Below, piece by piece: positions 28,203-37,916 of a stretch of DNA of 56,640 bases. The stretch's first letter is position 1. Every line of letters begins with the position of its first letter. The stretch is from positions 1 to 56,640 of the IMG/VR virus record IMGVR_UViG_3300049715_000004; one strand, 5' to 3'. Position numbers and translations under genes: made by a program. The notes under the pieces are model-generated. The model was not told where the DNA came from. It did not search any database and saw only the letters and a list, made by a program, of their open reading frames with translations. This DNA comes from a virus (Duplodnaviria; Caudoviricetes).

Positions 28203-28631
28203 TTACTTTGTTCCTGTAGTGCCAAATCCACCTCGGCTATCTTCTTCTAAATCAAAAACTGTTTCAATCTCTACTTCTTCCATCTTTTTATTAATTCTAA
28301 ACTGACAGATTCGGTCTCCTTCGTTAATAACCGTATCTCTTATTGCTATTACAGGAAGTTTCCATTCGTCTTCATTGCCACAATATAATTCATCAATTAC
28401 AGCGAATGAGTTAGTTTGTAAGATTCCGAAGTTCTCAAATGTACTTGAACGTGGAACAATATTAGCTTCATATCCTTCGGGAAGTTTCATCCCAACTCCT
28501 AACAGTATTTTTGCGAAATCGAATTGTTTAAGTTCAATAGTCTCAGATGCTCGTAAATCAATCCAGTCTCCTTGTTTAATCTTCTCAATCTTTGGCAGGT
28601 TTTCATTAAAATATTTTACTTTAATTTTCAC
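28203..28631 (-). CDS. dut: trimeric dUTPase
   Basis: IDL, PRSS, VID..Y, GDRICQ and RGGFGTTG motifs. Confidence 0.93.
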   Translation of the reverse strand: MKIKVKYFNENLPKIEKIKQGDWIDLRASETIELKQFDFAKILLGVGMKLPEGYEANIVPRSSTFENFGILQTNSFAVIDELYCGNEDEWKLPVIAIRDTVINEGDRICQFRINKKMEEVEIETVFDLEEDSRGGFGTTGTK

Positions 28632-28644
28632 TATTTATTCTCCT

Positions 28645-28917
28645 CTATCGTTTAGGGAATTTCAGTTTTGGTCTAATAATTATTGTTTCTACACCTTCTG
28701 GTTCGTAGTGTGGTGGATAAGCAAAATCAGGATTGTAACATCCTGTATCTACACATACAAGTTCAACCTTTTCAATTATATACATTGGGCTTTTATCTTT
28801 ATCCCAACACACTCCTATACCATACTCATGATTTAAACTACTTATGTAACCATAGAAAAATTTACGATATTTATAGCTATAATAATCTACTTCATGATAA
28901 TACATTTTTATCACCAT
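28645..28917 (-). CDS. hypothetical protein
   Basis: 90-aa ORF in operon orientation. Confidence 0.45.
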   Translation of the reverse strand: MVIKMYYHEVDYYSYKYRKFFYGYISSLNHEYGIGVCWDKDKSPMYIIEKVELVCVDTGCYNPDFAYPPHYEPEGVETIIIRPKLKFPKR

Positions 28918-28938
28918 AAAAGCAAAGTAGCCATAAGG

Positions 28939-29157
28939 CTACAATGCTTGTACTGAATCAAGATTTAGATTGTGAGACTTAGCCCACCACTTAGCATCTT
29001 TCTTTGCTTCAAGAAATGTAGCTTTGTGTATAGTAGTTGTATATGACTTACCTTTATCATCAGTACCTACTACAATATAATTCTTATGCATTACAGGTTT
29101 TAATTCTGCAACATTACTTTCCATACGCTTATCTTTTCTATTGAAATTGAAGTACAT
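28939..29157 (-). CDS. hypothetical protein
   Basis: 72-aa ORF with AAGGAGG RBS. Confidence 0.6.
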   Translation of the reverse strand: MYFNFNRKDKRMESNVAELKPVMHKNYIVVGTDDKGKSYTTTIHKATFLEAKKDAKWWAKSHNLNLDSVQAL

Positions 29158-29177
29158 ATGTATATTCCTCCTTTAGA

Positions 29178-29495
29178 TTAGGCACTAATTACTTCCGCTA
29201 CTGTTACAATTGGATAGTACTTACCATCCTTATCAGACTTCTGTTGGTCAAAGCTACCTTTGATAGTAATTTCCATTCCATCACTTACATGTGCTAATTC
29301 GTCGGCTTGCTCACCAAAAGCACGAATATTCATACGCTTAGTGAATAGTAGCTTTCCATCCTTCTCAACTGGAACTTCCATCGTGCAACCAATAAAGAAT
29401 GGGTTTCCATTCTCTGATACGTCATATCGAATAGGGAATTTTTCGTGTGTGTCCTTTGCGATACCTGAGATAATCATTGTCATTTCGTATGCCAT
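29178..29495 (-). CDS. short single-stranded DNA-binding protein (OB fold)
   Basis: ISG...RY..NG.P...I.AFGEQAD.L..V..G..I.I.G pattern; lacks the acidic C-terminal tail. Confidence 0.65.
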   Translation of the reverse strand: MAYEMTMIISGIAKDTHEKFPIRYDVSENGNPFFIGCTMEVPVEKDGKLLFTKRMNIRAFGEQADELAHVSDGMEITIKGSFDQQKSDKDGKYYPIVTVAEVISA

Positions 29496-29528
29496 TTAGC
29501 ATTCCTCCTAATATTGTTTACATTTTAT

Positions 29529-29557
29529 ATTATATATGAATTATAATAAAAAGTCAA
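29529..29557 (-). promoter_or_regulatory. sigma-A-type promoter
   Basis: cccTTGACT-17-TATAAT. Confidence 0.75.
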
Positions 29558-29563
29558 GGGTTA

Positions 29564-30745
29564 TTAAACTCTTTTTTTTCTAATATATCTTGTGGGATTA
29601 GATACTACTTCCCATGCTTGGTCAAAACTAAGATTGTCAGGGTCCAGTCCAGTTGGCAGGCTATATGTATATACATCAACATATGGCTTTAGTTGTTCAC
29701 AGATTCTATTTGCTCCACTTTGTCCTGCGCCATCTTGGTCTAGCATTACATTTATTCTTAAAGCATTGGATACCGCTAATGATAGTTGCTCAGGAGTCAA
29801 AGCTGAACCCATAACAGCTACAGCATTCGTAATTCCATATGACCATAGCCTTATACAATCCCAAGCCCCCTCCACGAGAATCAATTCTTTGGATTCTTTA
29901 ATATATTCTTTGGCTTTATCAAAATTATATAGAACAAAGCCTTTATCAAAATCTAACTTATGCATCCATTTGTTATACCTTTTTATTGCTTTTTCATCAT
30001 CTGTCGCAAGACGACCTGACCATCCTACTAGACTTCCGTTTTCATCACGAACAGGAAATATAATTCTTCCCATGAAGTCACGTTTATTAGCATGGTATGG
30101 TTCATCTATACCTTCGGGTGAGAATCCAATTTGATATTCCTCAAGGACATAATCTTCATAATGTCTAGTAGAAATATATTCATCAGCAAGTGGTAACTGC
30201 GCTTGAAATATTTCAATCTCTGTATCGTTGAATACTTCTAATTCTACCTCTTGCGTTAGCTTTGCCATCTCACGAATCCATCTTTGGTTTGCTAGTTTGT
30301 CTGATGTGTCCTTATCATATGACAGACCTCTCTCTAGTTCTATTCCTGCAATTTCAGATGCTACCTTTAAAGCACGATTCCAAGAGCACTTAAAGTTCTT
30401 CCTACCTTCTTCATATGCATTCTTTTCCTCCATAAGCTTAATAAATAAAAATAAGTCTCTTGGAACAGTTGACCTATAATCCTTTGGAATCCAAAACCAA
30501 TCTTCGGGTTGTTCACCACAATGACCAGTAAAGCAAGTGAACATCTTTGAGTTTAAATCAAAAGAAAAACCTGTTGGGTTGTCACCTCCATGAATAGGAC
30601 AACAACATCTTACTTTATCATATTTAATACTTCTTTGTGGAATATCACAACCATAATGCTCCAAAAGGAGGATAGGGTCTAGTGACTCCCTAATAACCTC
30701 CTTTATTACACTATAATCACGCATTTCTACAGCCATAAGTATCAC
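29564..30745 (-). CDS. dnaG: DNA primase (CHC2 zinc finger + TOPRIM)
   Basis: CPIH...CFTGHC, RIIFP...GWSGR, LVEG.WD, DQDGAG and DPD motifs. Confidence 0.92.
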   Translation of the reverse strand: MILMAVEMRDYSVIKEVIRESLDPILLLEHYGCDIPQRSIKYDKVRCCCPIHGGDNPTGFSFDLNSKMFTCFTGHCGEQPEDWFWIPKDYRSTVPRDLFLFIKLMEEKNAYEEGRKNFKCSWNRALKVASEIAGIELERGLSYDKDTSDKLANQRWIREMAKLTQEVELEVFNDTEIEIFQAQLPLADEYISTRHYEDYVLEEYQIGFSPEGIDEPYHANKRDFMGRIIFPVRDENGSLVGWSGRLATDDEKAIKRYNKWMHKLDFDKGFVLYNFDKAKEYIKESKELILVEGAWDCIRLWSYGITNAVAVMGSALTPEQLSLAVSNALRINVMLDQDGAGQSGANRICEQLKPYVDVYTYSLPTGLDPDNLSFDQAWEVVSNPTRYIRKKRV

Positions 30746-32191
30746 CTACTCCAAGCTAATATTTTTTAATTCATTCATTTTTGCTACACCTTTTTCTATA
30801 GTGTAATCAATATGACCTTCATAACTTCCACCGTTACGAGTTTCGCCTAATTTCCAAACAAGGTTTCCACTTTCACGACCTTGTTCAGCAAGTTCATTTG
30901 GTGTCTTTCTTCGAAGGATAGACAACTCATTAACAAACATAACGATACGGTTAGAACCTGAAATATGAGAACTATTTAAATCTTCTTGTCCGTAACCTGT
31001 TCTTGGGTTGATTTGTGCATATGCTAACACAGGGATGCCCATAGAACCTGCAATTTTATTTTTAAGCATGTTTGTAATTTGACCTAATACTAAATATTCT
31101 TGTTGATTACCTTTGAAAGAACTTTCATCCATCTTTATGTAATCGAAGATTAATACAAACTGATTCTTAAATCCATTCCATTCAATACCATGCTGTCTCT
31201 GAAACTTACGAGCCATATTATGTACCTTTTCAGGAGTAAAATCAGGCATATACACATGGTATAAGGGAATTTCTTTGGCTAATGGTTTGGCATACTCGTC
31301 AACTGCTTGTTTCATCTTTTGATTTCTTGCATACATTCCTGTTGTTATTAATCGTTCAGGAACAATTACACCACTATAATCTGTTGCAAGAATTGAAACC
31401 TCTCTATCAATTTGCTCCTCATCTGTCATTTCAGTATCTATGTATAGCACTGGAATACCTTGCATAGCTACATTCATTCCTACATTCAATGAATGAGCAG
31501 ACTTACCAGTTTTAGGTGGGGCCGCGACTACTTTTAATCTACTAGGAACTAATCCACCTGTTGCCCTGTCATATTCAATAAATCCTGTAGGAATGCCTAG
31601 AACTTCTCTAGGTTGTGTCTCACGCTTTTCCAACACAACATCTATCTTATCTCCAAGACGAACAATCTCATTCGCATTATTCTCTACACGCATTACTGAA
31701 TCAAGGAACTTTTCTTCTTGCCTAGAAATAAAAGTACTAGCTTCTTCTTCTTCATTTGCTACTGCTTCTTCCATAACCGTAACTGCCTTACGGAATGCTT
31801 CTCTACGAACACTTGCTTGTTTTACCTTTTCTACGAAGAACTTTAAGTTTTCAACTCCTGCATCAGTTTTGGCGACAATTTGAAGATAATTCAATCCGCC
31901 AATCATCTCTTCCATACCACTATTTTGTGCTAATGCGAAAATAATCATTGGATTAACCTTACCGATGTTTGCATGTTTGTTATCAAGAATAGTAAGCATG
32001 ATTTGATATATGTACTTATTTGCTTGGTTGGTGAAATCTTCGGGTTCTAATTCTACTGTAATATCAAACAATGTTTCAGGGTCAGCCATTGCAATACTTA
32101 GAATTGCTCTCTCAGAGCCGACATGTGCGATTGAATCTAGTTGACGAATAATATTTTCATCTAACATTAACGACATAACATCACTCTCCAT
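30746..32191 (-). CDS. dnaB: replicative DNA helicase
   Basis: GIPTGF...GGL, AAPPKTGKS Walker A, IDTEM, DYI and AQINP motifs. Confidence 0.9.
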   Translation of the reverse strand: MESDVMSLMLDENIIRQLDSIAHVGSERAILSIAMADPETLFDITVELEPEDFTNQANKYIYQIMLTILDNKHANIGKVNPMIIFALAQNSGMEEMIGGLNYLQIVAKTDAGVENLKFFVEKVKQASVRREAFRKAVTVMEEAVANEEEEASTFISRQEEKFLDSVMRVENNANEIVRLGDKIDVVLEKRETQPREVLGIPTGFIEYDRATGGLVPSRLKVVAAPPKTGKSAHSLNVGMNVAMQGIPVLYIDTEMTDEEQIDREVSILATDYSGVIVPERLITTGMYARNQKMKQAVDEYAKPLAKEIPLYHVYMPDFTPEKVHNMARKFQRQHGIEWNGFKNQFVLIFDYIKMDESSFKGNQQEYLVLGQITNMLKNKIAGSMGIPVLAYAQINPRTGYGQEDLNSSHISGSNRIVMFVNELSILRRKTPNELAEQGRESGNLVWKLGETRNGGSYEGHIDYTIEKGVAKMNELKNISLE

Positions 32192-32204
32192 ATCTTACAT
32201 TTAT

Positions 32205-32231
32205 ATTATAATGTATTTCTAAACGTGTCAA
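32205..32231 (-). promoter_or_regulatory. promoter-like motif with atypical 15-bp spacer
   Basis: cccTTGACA-15-TATAATATAA. Confidence 0.4.
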
Positions 32232-32240
32232 GGGGAAACG

Positions 32241-32729
32241 CTAGTTCCCCTCGGTATATTTATGAATATGCTTGTTGTTTCCTTCTTGTCTGCGGTCATC
32301 ATAAATCTTTTTTAGCACATTAATCTTCTCTGTTATAGGAGAAGAAAGATTCTTCTTTAATGTGTAATCAATAATAGATTGTTGCCATAAGTCATATTTT
32401 AATTTTAATCCATCTGTAAGTGTAGTAGCAAATATCCACCTTTCCTCAACAGACCTAATTTTAGAATCAACGACTAGTGGAAGTGCTTCAAGTTTAAAAG
32501 CATTTCCTAATTCTATCTCTCTTGCTTCTGCTATGTTTACTTCCTGTTGAACATACATAGCTTGTTGTGCGAGCAATCCTAAATATGACTCAAGAGTAAG
32601 TGGGTCAATACCTAGATATTCCCACTCCTCCATATTTAATATTCTCTTAATTACATCAGAATCAACTCTATGTGAGCCATAGACACCAGTTTCACGAAGT
32701 TCTTGCGCCTTTTTATCTACATAAGCCAT
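32241..32729 (-). CDS. hypothetical helical protein between recA and dnaB (possible recombination mediator)
   Basis: 162 aa, coiled-coil character; function inferred only from position. Confidence 0.55.
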   Translation of the reverse strand: MAYVDKKAQELRETGVYGSHRVDSDVIKRILNMEEWEYLGIDPLTLESYLGLLAQQAMYVQQEVNIAEAREIELGNAFKLEALPLVVDSKIRSVEERWIFATTLTDGLKLKYDLWQQSIIDYTLKKNLSSPITEKINVLKKIYDDRRQEGNNKHIHKYTEGN

Positions 32730-32739
32730 TATGTACCAC

Positions 32740-33819
32740 CTACTCTTTCACTTCTTCTTTTTCATCGGTGAAAGTTTTTTCAAGCTCTTCTTCGGTTGTA
32801 GGTGTGTATTCTTCTGATTCAGGATTTAAGTATGTACGAATCTTTTGGTCAAGTTCATTTAATAATTCAAGATTACTATTTAATGCTTCTTTGCATTTAG
32901 AGCGACCATTATCAATTCGTAAGTCACCATACCAATACCAATGACCTTGTTTATGTAATATACCTAATTGCTCACCAAAGTCAAGAATCTCTCCTGCCTT
33001 AGAAATACCTACACCAAATTCGATATCAACGGTAGTTTCTCTATGTGGAGCACCTACTTTATTCTTAACTGCTTTTATTTTCGTTTTCCTTGAGGTTGCG
33101 ACACCTTCTGTTTTCTGTATTTCAGCAGACCTAATATCCAATCGAATAGTTGAATAGAACTTTAATGCTCTACCTCCGCTAGTAGTTTCAGGATTTCCGA
33201 ACATAACTCCAACTTTCTCACGAATTTGATTGATAAAGATTATATTAGTTCCACTTCTATTACATAGATAAGCGATTTTTCTAAGTCCTTGAGACATTAA
33301 CCTAGCCAATAAGCCTACATGGTTATCTCCGATTTCTCCTTCCATCTCAGCTTTAGGAATCATCGAAGCTACTGAATCAACTACTACGATTGAGCATATT
33401 CCAGAGTTAATCCAACGCTCTGCAATCTTTAAACAATCTTCACCAGTATCAGGTTGAGCAAGAACTAGACTACTAACATCTACCCCAAGTGCTTCTGCAT
33501 AGTTAAGGTCAAGTGCATGTTCAGCATCTATGTATACTGCTATACCTTCTTTTTGTGCTTCTGCAACAGCATGTAGAGCAATCGTTGTCTTACCTGACGA
33601 TTCAGGTCCATATATTTCTATTATTCTTCCTTTTGGATTTCCTCCGCCAACCAATTCATCAATCGCAAAACTACCGAAACTCATTCTAGGAATCTTAACA
33701 GGTTTAGCATCACCTAAAACTTGCGAACCATGAACACCAAAATCCTTTTGTACAGCTTTCAATGTTGTTTCAAATAATCTTTTTCTTTCTTCGGGAGTTA
33801 ACTCTTTCTGTTTAGCCAT
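32740..33819 (-). CDS. recA: RecA recombinase
   Basis: GRIIEIYGPESSGKTT, IDAEHALD, QPDTGE, ARLMSQGLRK and INQIREKVGVMFGNPETTSGGRALKFY. Confidence 0.97.
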   Translation of the reverse strand: MAKQKELTPEERKRLFETTLKAVQKDFGVHGSQVLGDAKPVKIPRMSFGSFAIDELVGGGNPKGRIIEIYGPESSGKTTIALHAVAEAQKEGIAVYIDAEHALDLNYAEALGVDVSSLVLAQPDTGEDCLKIAERWINSGICSIVVVDSVASMIPKAEMEGEIGDNHVGLLARLMSQGLRKIAYLCNRSGTNIIFINQIREKVGVMFGNPETTSGGRALKFYSTIRLDIRSAEIQKTEGVATSRKTKIKAVKNKVGAPHRETTVDIEFGVGISKAGEILDFGEQLGILHKQGHWYWYGDLRIDNGRSKCKEALNSNLELLNELDQKIRTYLNPESEEYTPTTEEELEKTFTDEKEEVKE

Positions 33820-33851
33820 TCAAACAACCTCCTATGTAAGTTACATTTTGA

Positions 33852-33880
33852 ATTATAATTATTTTATAACGGTTTGTCAA
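33852..33880 (-). promoter_or_regulatory. consensus sigma-A promoter for recA
   Basis: cccTTGACA-17-TATAAT. Confidence 0.8.
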
Positions 33881-33883
33881 GGG

Positions 33884-34159
33884 TTAATCATGAATTATCT
33901 TTTCTGTCAATCTATACCTTAGTATTTCTCTTCCTTCTTTGTCTACGACTATTATCCTGTTACACATATGATTTGTTAACTCATTCTGATTTAAAAACAT
34001 AACATTTTCATCTTGTGGATAATTCCAAGGATTACTGATTGGATTCTTTACTTTTAAAACTTTTCCGAAAATATTGACCTCTTGGTTATTTTTATGATAA
34101 TCTTCCAACATTTCTAGATATTGGCGGTCAACAGTAACTCTATGATTTGACTTGTCCAT
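33884..34159 (-). CDS. hypothetical protein
   Basis: 91 aa; TAATG coupling to the upstream gene. Confidence 0.6.
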   Translation of the reverse strand: MDKSNHRVTVDRQYLEMLEDYHKNNQEVNIFGKVLKVKNPISNPWNYPQDENVMFLNQNELTNHMCNRIIVVDKEGREILRYRLTEKIIHD

Positions 34160-34479
34160 TAACCTTTCACTCCTAATTTTAATTTACAATCAAATATTTT
34201 AACTCTTATACTATGCAGTTCAATATCAGATATTTTTAATCTCTCACTCTCTAATAAAATTTTCATTTTAAGATTAACAATTGAAGGGGTGTCATCATCA
34301 AGGATTTCGCAAATATTAGGTTTTGTATTCGGTTTGTCTCTCTTGTATTGACTAAGAATGTCATAATTTAAATCGTTTATTGTACCTCTTAGTATTGCTA
34401 CTTCATGTGATTTTTCATCTTCCTTTTTCTGTAGTTTACGCAACCTATTTAAATAATATAGGTCTTTAATCCACCTCAT
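34159..34479 (-). CDS. hypothetical coiled-coil protein
   Basis: 106 aa; ATGA coupling. Confidence 0.6.
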   Translation of the reverse strand: MRWIKDLYYLNRLRKLQKKEDEKSHEVAILRGTINDLNYDILSQYKRDKPNTKPNICEILDDDTPSIVNLKMKILLESERLKISDIELHSIRVKIFDCKLKLGVKG

Positions 34480-35168
34480 ATAATCTCCTCCAATTTTTTC
34501 TTAATTAGATTGATTGATATTTTTTCATCATGATAGACAACAAAAAGTGAGATATTTTGAGATTCTAACATTTCAGATTTCTGCCAATCATTTTCTTGAC
34601 CTTTGGAAAAATCTTGAATTGTCTTGTGAAAGAAGGGGTTAAATTCGCTATGCTGATTTCCATGAACTTCTACAGCTATGTTCAAATGTGGAAGTAAAAT
34701 ATCAACCCATAGTCTGCCGACAGGAACTTCTTCTTCAATCTTTTGGTATGGGAAAATATGTTTTAGACAATTGTATGTAAGAAAGTGACCAAGAGAACAA
34801 TTATAGCCACCTTCATGATGTTGCTTAGTCCATTGTTTAATTAAATCATTATCGTCATCAGAAACATTGAAATAACTTTTATCTTTTCGTAATTCAATAC
34901 GATAAGCCACATGCTCTACCTGCCATTTATCACAACCAAATTGTTCTGCAAGAATTTCATTTGGTGTATCAGCATATACTTTGCTAATGTATTTTAATTC
35001 TTCCGCAGTCCATTCACGCTTTGATGGTTCTTCTTTCTTTAATCCTAGTTCTTCTGCTTTCCGTTGAACCATTGAATATGGCATTTTTAGAATCTTTGCT
35101 ACTTCTTCATCTGTGTTATGCGGATATAGTTTTACGAACTTTCGTTCCATATTCTTAGAGAAGTACAA
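34476..35168 (-). CDS. protein with tandem HTH-like repeats and a Vsr/DUF559-like endonuclease domain
   Basis: Two repeats (W/F-x-x-x-E...Y....EE.A..L...V..KA..LGL.K), then E...VDI...IAVEVHG.QH...D..K. Confidence 0.65.
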   Translation of the reverse strand: MYFSKNMERKFVKLYPHNTDEEVAKILKMPYSMVQRKAEELGLKKEEPSKREWTAEELKYISKVYADTPNEILAEQFGCDKWQVEHVAYRIELRKDKSYFNVSDDDNDLIKQWTKQHHEGGYNCSLGHFLTYNCLKHIFPYQKIEEEVPVGRLWVDILLPHLNIAVEVHGNQHSEFNPFFHKTIQDFSKGQENDWQKSEMLESQNISLFVVYHDEKISINLIKKKLEEII

Positions 35169-35306
35169 TCACTTCACCTCTTTCTCTGTTTCCTTCCAAC
35201 ACCTATGGCATGTTGTAATCTTATAAGTTTTTCCATCTGCTTTCTGAATCTTAATTCGATACTTACTACCATGAATACCGAAAAAGCATAATAATTTTGC
35301 TAACAT
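35169..35306 (-). CDS. small DUF1660-like zinc-binding prophage protein, 45 aa (not in ORF track)
   Basis: MLAKLLCFFGIH...TCHRCWKE; AGGAG RBS. Confidence 0.65.
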   Translation of the reverse strand: MLAKLLCFFGIHGSKYRIKIQKADGKTYKITTCHRCWKETEKEVK

Positions 35307-35317
35307 AAGCACCACTC

Positions 35318-36235
35318 CTATATATCTATTCTGCCAAAACCTCCTAGAAGATTACCAAGAAAATCATCATCAGACATTTCATCAACTTTCTTTTTCTGTT
35401 CAACTTTCTCCTTAGCAATTTCTATCGCCTTAGCTTTCATTGTCTCCACTTTCTCTAATCTTGATTCCTCTTCAACTTCGCTTTGTTTGCCAATGTATTG
35501 TTGCTTAAAATTGTCAAGGGCAATAATCATATGGCTAACCTTTCTTCTTTCAAACTTTAACCACATAAGCGACTTCATACCATCTTTTGGTGGTTCAACT
35601 TTAGACCAATAATAAATTCCTGCTAATACTTGCTCAGTTCTATACATTACCAGTAAATCTTTAGCCAACTTCATTTGCATAGGGAAGAAGTTTTTTGCTT
35701 TGCTATTAGGTTGTGCTAATGGTAGATACCATTCAATAATAACTCTTCTAGCTAATTTACCTAGTTGTTCATCGTTTAATTTATGATTATCATTAGCAAG
35801 TGATAATGAATTAATATCATTATTTAAAAGATTATTTAAATTAAATTCTTTATTAATAATATTATTTATAATATTACCTTCTGATTCTTGTTCAACTTTG
35901 GGTACGCAATCATCCTCAGCCCTTGAGCCTGTTGCTTTTTTGTATCCGTTTATGACCTGCTCAACTTTGGGTTGATAAACTTTGGGTTGCTCAATTTTGG
36001 ACACCCTGTACGTGTGTGGATGATTACCTTCACCTGTGGCAATTTGCTCTATTACTCCTTTTTTAAGAAGTTCATTAATTCCTCTTGTTGCAGAATTTCT
36101 AGGGATATCAGATGAATCAGCAATATTGCTTATGGAGATTCTTATTATTCCATCTTTAGATTTCTTGTGAAGATACAACAATACTTTTAACGCTGAAATT
36201 GTTTCAAGCTTTTCAAGTGTTTCAATAGGAATCAT
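35318..36235 (-). CDS. phage replication initiator-like protein (N-terminal wHTH)
   Basis: ALKVLLYL...ISISNIA...RNSATRGINELLKKGVI wHTH; internal repeats and an N/I-rich linker as in lambda O-type initiators; heads the replication operon. Confidence 0.7.
   Translation of the reverse strand: MIPIETLEKLETISALKVLLYLHKKSKDGIIRISISNIADSSDIPRNSATRGINELLKKGVIEQIATGEGNHPHTYRVSKIEQPKVYQPKVEQVINGYKKATGSRAEDDCVPKVEQESEGNIINNIINKEFNLNNLLNNDINSLSLANDNHKLNDEQLGKLARRVIIEWYLPLAQPNSKAKNFFPMQMKLAKDLLVMYRTEQVLAGIYYWSKVEPPKDGMKSLMWLKFERRKVSHMIIALDNFKQQYIGKQSEVEEESRLEKVETMKAKAIEIAKEKVEQKKKVDEMSDDDFLGNLLGGFGRIDI
35810..36001. repeat. putative replication origin: four 14-bp iterons plus an AT-rich tract
   Basis: tgttcaactttggg 35889-35902, tgctcaactttggg 35958-35971, tgataaactttggg 35973-35986, tgctcaattttgga 35988-36001; nearly pure A/T at about 35810-35876. 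Confidence 0.65.
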
Positions 36236-36268
36236 TTCAACAACTCCTTCTCCTTATAATCTAATTAA

Positions 36269-36297
36269 ATTATAACTGATTATGGGAATAAAGTCAA
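36269..36297 (-). promoter_or_regulatory. sigma-A-type promoter
   Basis: cccTTGACT-17-TATAAT. Confidence 0.75.
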
Positions 36298-36301
36298 GGG
36301 T

Positions 36302-36329
36302 AAAAAAGAGACCCCCAAAAGGGAATCTC
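36302..36329 (-). terminator. intrinsic terminator after phoH
   Basis: GAGATTCCC-tttt-GGGGGTCTC followed by TTTTTT on the minus strand. Confidence 0.65.
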
Positions 36330-36336
36330 CTATATC

Positions 36337-37551
36337 TTACATTAGGTCTGCCATTTCTGCAAGAGGACTCCTATGAACATTTTGAAGTTCAATTTCTCCA
36401 TATAGTTCACAACCTCTAAACACCTCGCTCATGCGTTTCATTCCGTTGTCATAAGCATAGATATCTTTGTCTACTTGTTGGTGATAGTCTCCATCTACGA
36501 TTACTTTAGAGCCTTCTGCTACACGCTGTAAACCTAGCTTTAATAACTCAGCAGTTAAGTTTTGGGCTTCTAAAATCCAAATAATTTCCTTATCTCCAGA
36601 ATCGTATCCACGCAAGTCTACGAATGGTAGAATATCTAATTTTTTATCTTGGATATGTCTTACAATTTCAACATCATCACCAAACTTAGCTTTAAGCATA
36701 GTTCCTACTGCTGATTGTAATAGCTTGTCTAATCGGTCTCCTTTATAGAATCCTAGTTCTTGACTATTTAAAACAGGGACAGGATTCACAAAGATTACTA
36801 GCTTATATCCTTTTTCTTCTACTAGCTTCCAAGCTGTATTAAGAGCAATAAGTGATTTACCACTACCTGCCTTACCTCTTAATGAAGTAAGTTGATTGTT
36901 GTTAATACTATCAACAGCCATGATTTGATGTTCATCTCTAGGAGTAAAGTCTCCAAATGCTTTTGTCTTGAATCCTTTTCCTAGTTTTCCTTTTCCATCA
37001 CGAAGGGAAACCATAAACTCACCTGTCCACTTCATAATGTCAAGCAATTCTCCATCTTCTTTATTATCAATAATTATGTATTCGTTTGTTAATAGGTCAA
37101 ACTGATTGATTCCAAGATTCAGATATACTGCTCTTAGTCCATCTTCTGTTAGTTCGATTTTTCTGAATCCTTTATGTTCGATGAAGTGAGTATCATCAAT
37201 TAGTATAAGTGGAATATTATACTGTTCGCATTTTTCTTGTAGCAACATATCATTGGTAATCATACCATAACCATTATCAACCGCTACTTGCAGAAGGAGA
37301 TTATCTACATAGTTCTTATCAAAATCAGCTTCTAAAGTAAACTGATAGTCTTTAAGGTCAATATGATAGTGCTTATTGGCTCTTAAATATCTCTTTGCCC
37401 TCCTAATTTCGAATTGAAGTGTCCTGTCGCTCCTACGCTTTTTTTCTAAGTCCTCGATTTCACGAAGAACATGACTAGGAATAACTACATCATATTCTTT
37501 GACAATTTCAGGCTTTCTCAAAAGCATATTCGTATCTGCAATATACTTCAT
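36337..37551 (-). CDS. phoH: PIN-PhoH family protein
   Basis: IADTN..V.REI...DN..ITND PIN domain; GKAGSGKS, LGFYKG, LRG, EAQN, GD..Q.D and RS motifs. Start moved to the ATG at 37551. Confidence 0.9.
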   Translation of the reverse strand: MKYIADTNMLLRKPEIVKEYDVVIPSHVLREIEDLEKKRRSDRTLQFEIRRAKRYLRANKHYHIDLKDYQFTLEADFDKNYVDNLLLQVAVDNGYGMITNDMLLQEKCEQYNIPLILIDDTHFIEHKGFRKIELTEDGLRAVYLNLGINQFDLLTNEYIIIDNKEDGELLDIMKWTGEFMVSLRDGKGKLGKGFKTKAFGDFTPRDEHQIMAVDSINNNQLTSLRGKAGSGKSLIALNTAWKLVEEKGYKLVIFVNPVPVLNSQELGFYKGDRLDKLLQSAVGTMLKAKFGDDVEIVRHIQDKKLDILPFVDLRGYDSGDKEIIWILEAQNLTAELLKLGLQRVAEGSKVIVDGDYHQQVDKDIYAYDNGMKRMSEVFRGCELYGEIELQNVHRSPLAEMADLM

Positions 37552-37624
37552 TTCCTCAACTCCTAGTTGTTTATTATATAAAAGAGGAGGACTATTACTA
37601 GCCCTCATATTATATTATATTTAT

Positions 37625-37653
37625 ATTATATACTTTAATGTCTTATTTGTCAA
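37625..37653 (-). promoter_or_regulatory. consensus sigma-A promoter
   Basis: ccTTGACA-17-TATAAT. Confidence 0.8.
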
Positions 37654-37915
37654 GGAATTTAATAACTATTTTAACAATTGTGCTAGTAGTTGCAAAAGCT
37701 TTCAATGAAACAGGAAGATGAGAGTATACAGCAGTAGCAAAAGCAATAGGGTTAGATTTAATAGAATCAATAACTTCTTTTTCTAATTTCTTAAGTTCAT
37801 TGATAACAAAGTTTCTAACTTTTACTTTGCCAATGCCAATAACTACACCGATAATTACAATTGCTAGGATAATATAATCTTTGTATTGACTAATAAAATC
37901 TAGTAATTGGTTCAC
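37643..37915 (-). CDS. holin-like membrane protein
   Basis: N-terminal TM helix; immediately follows the endolysin; AAAGGAGG RBS. Confidence 0.55.
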   Translation of the reverse strand: MNQLLDFISQYKDYIILAIVIIGVVIGIGKVKVRNFVINELKKLEKEVIDSIKSNPIAFATAVYSHLPVSLKAFATTSTIVKIVIKFLDK

Positions 37916-37916
37916 C

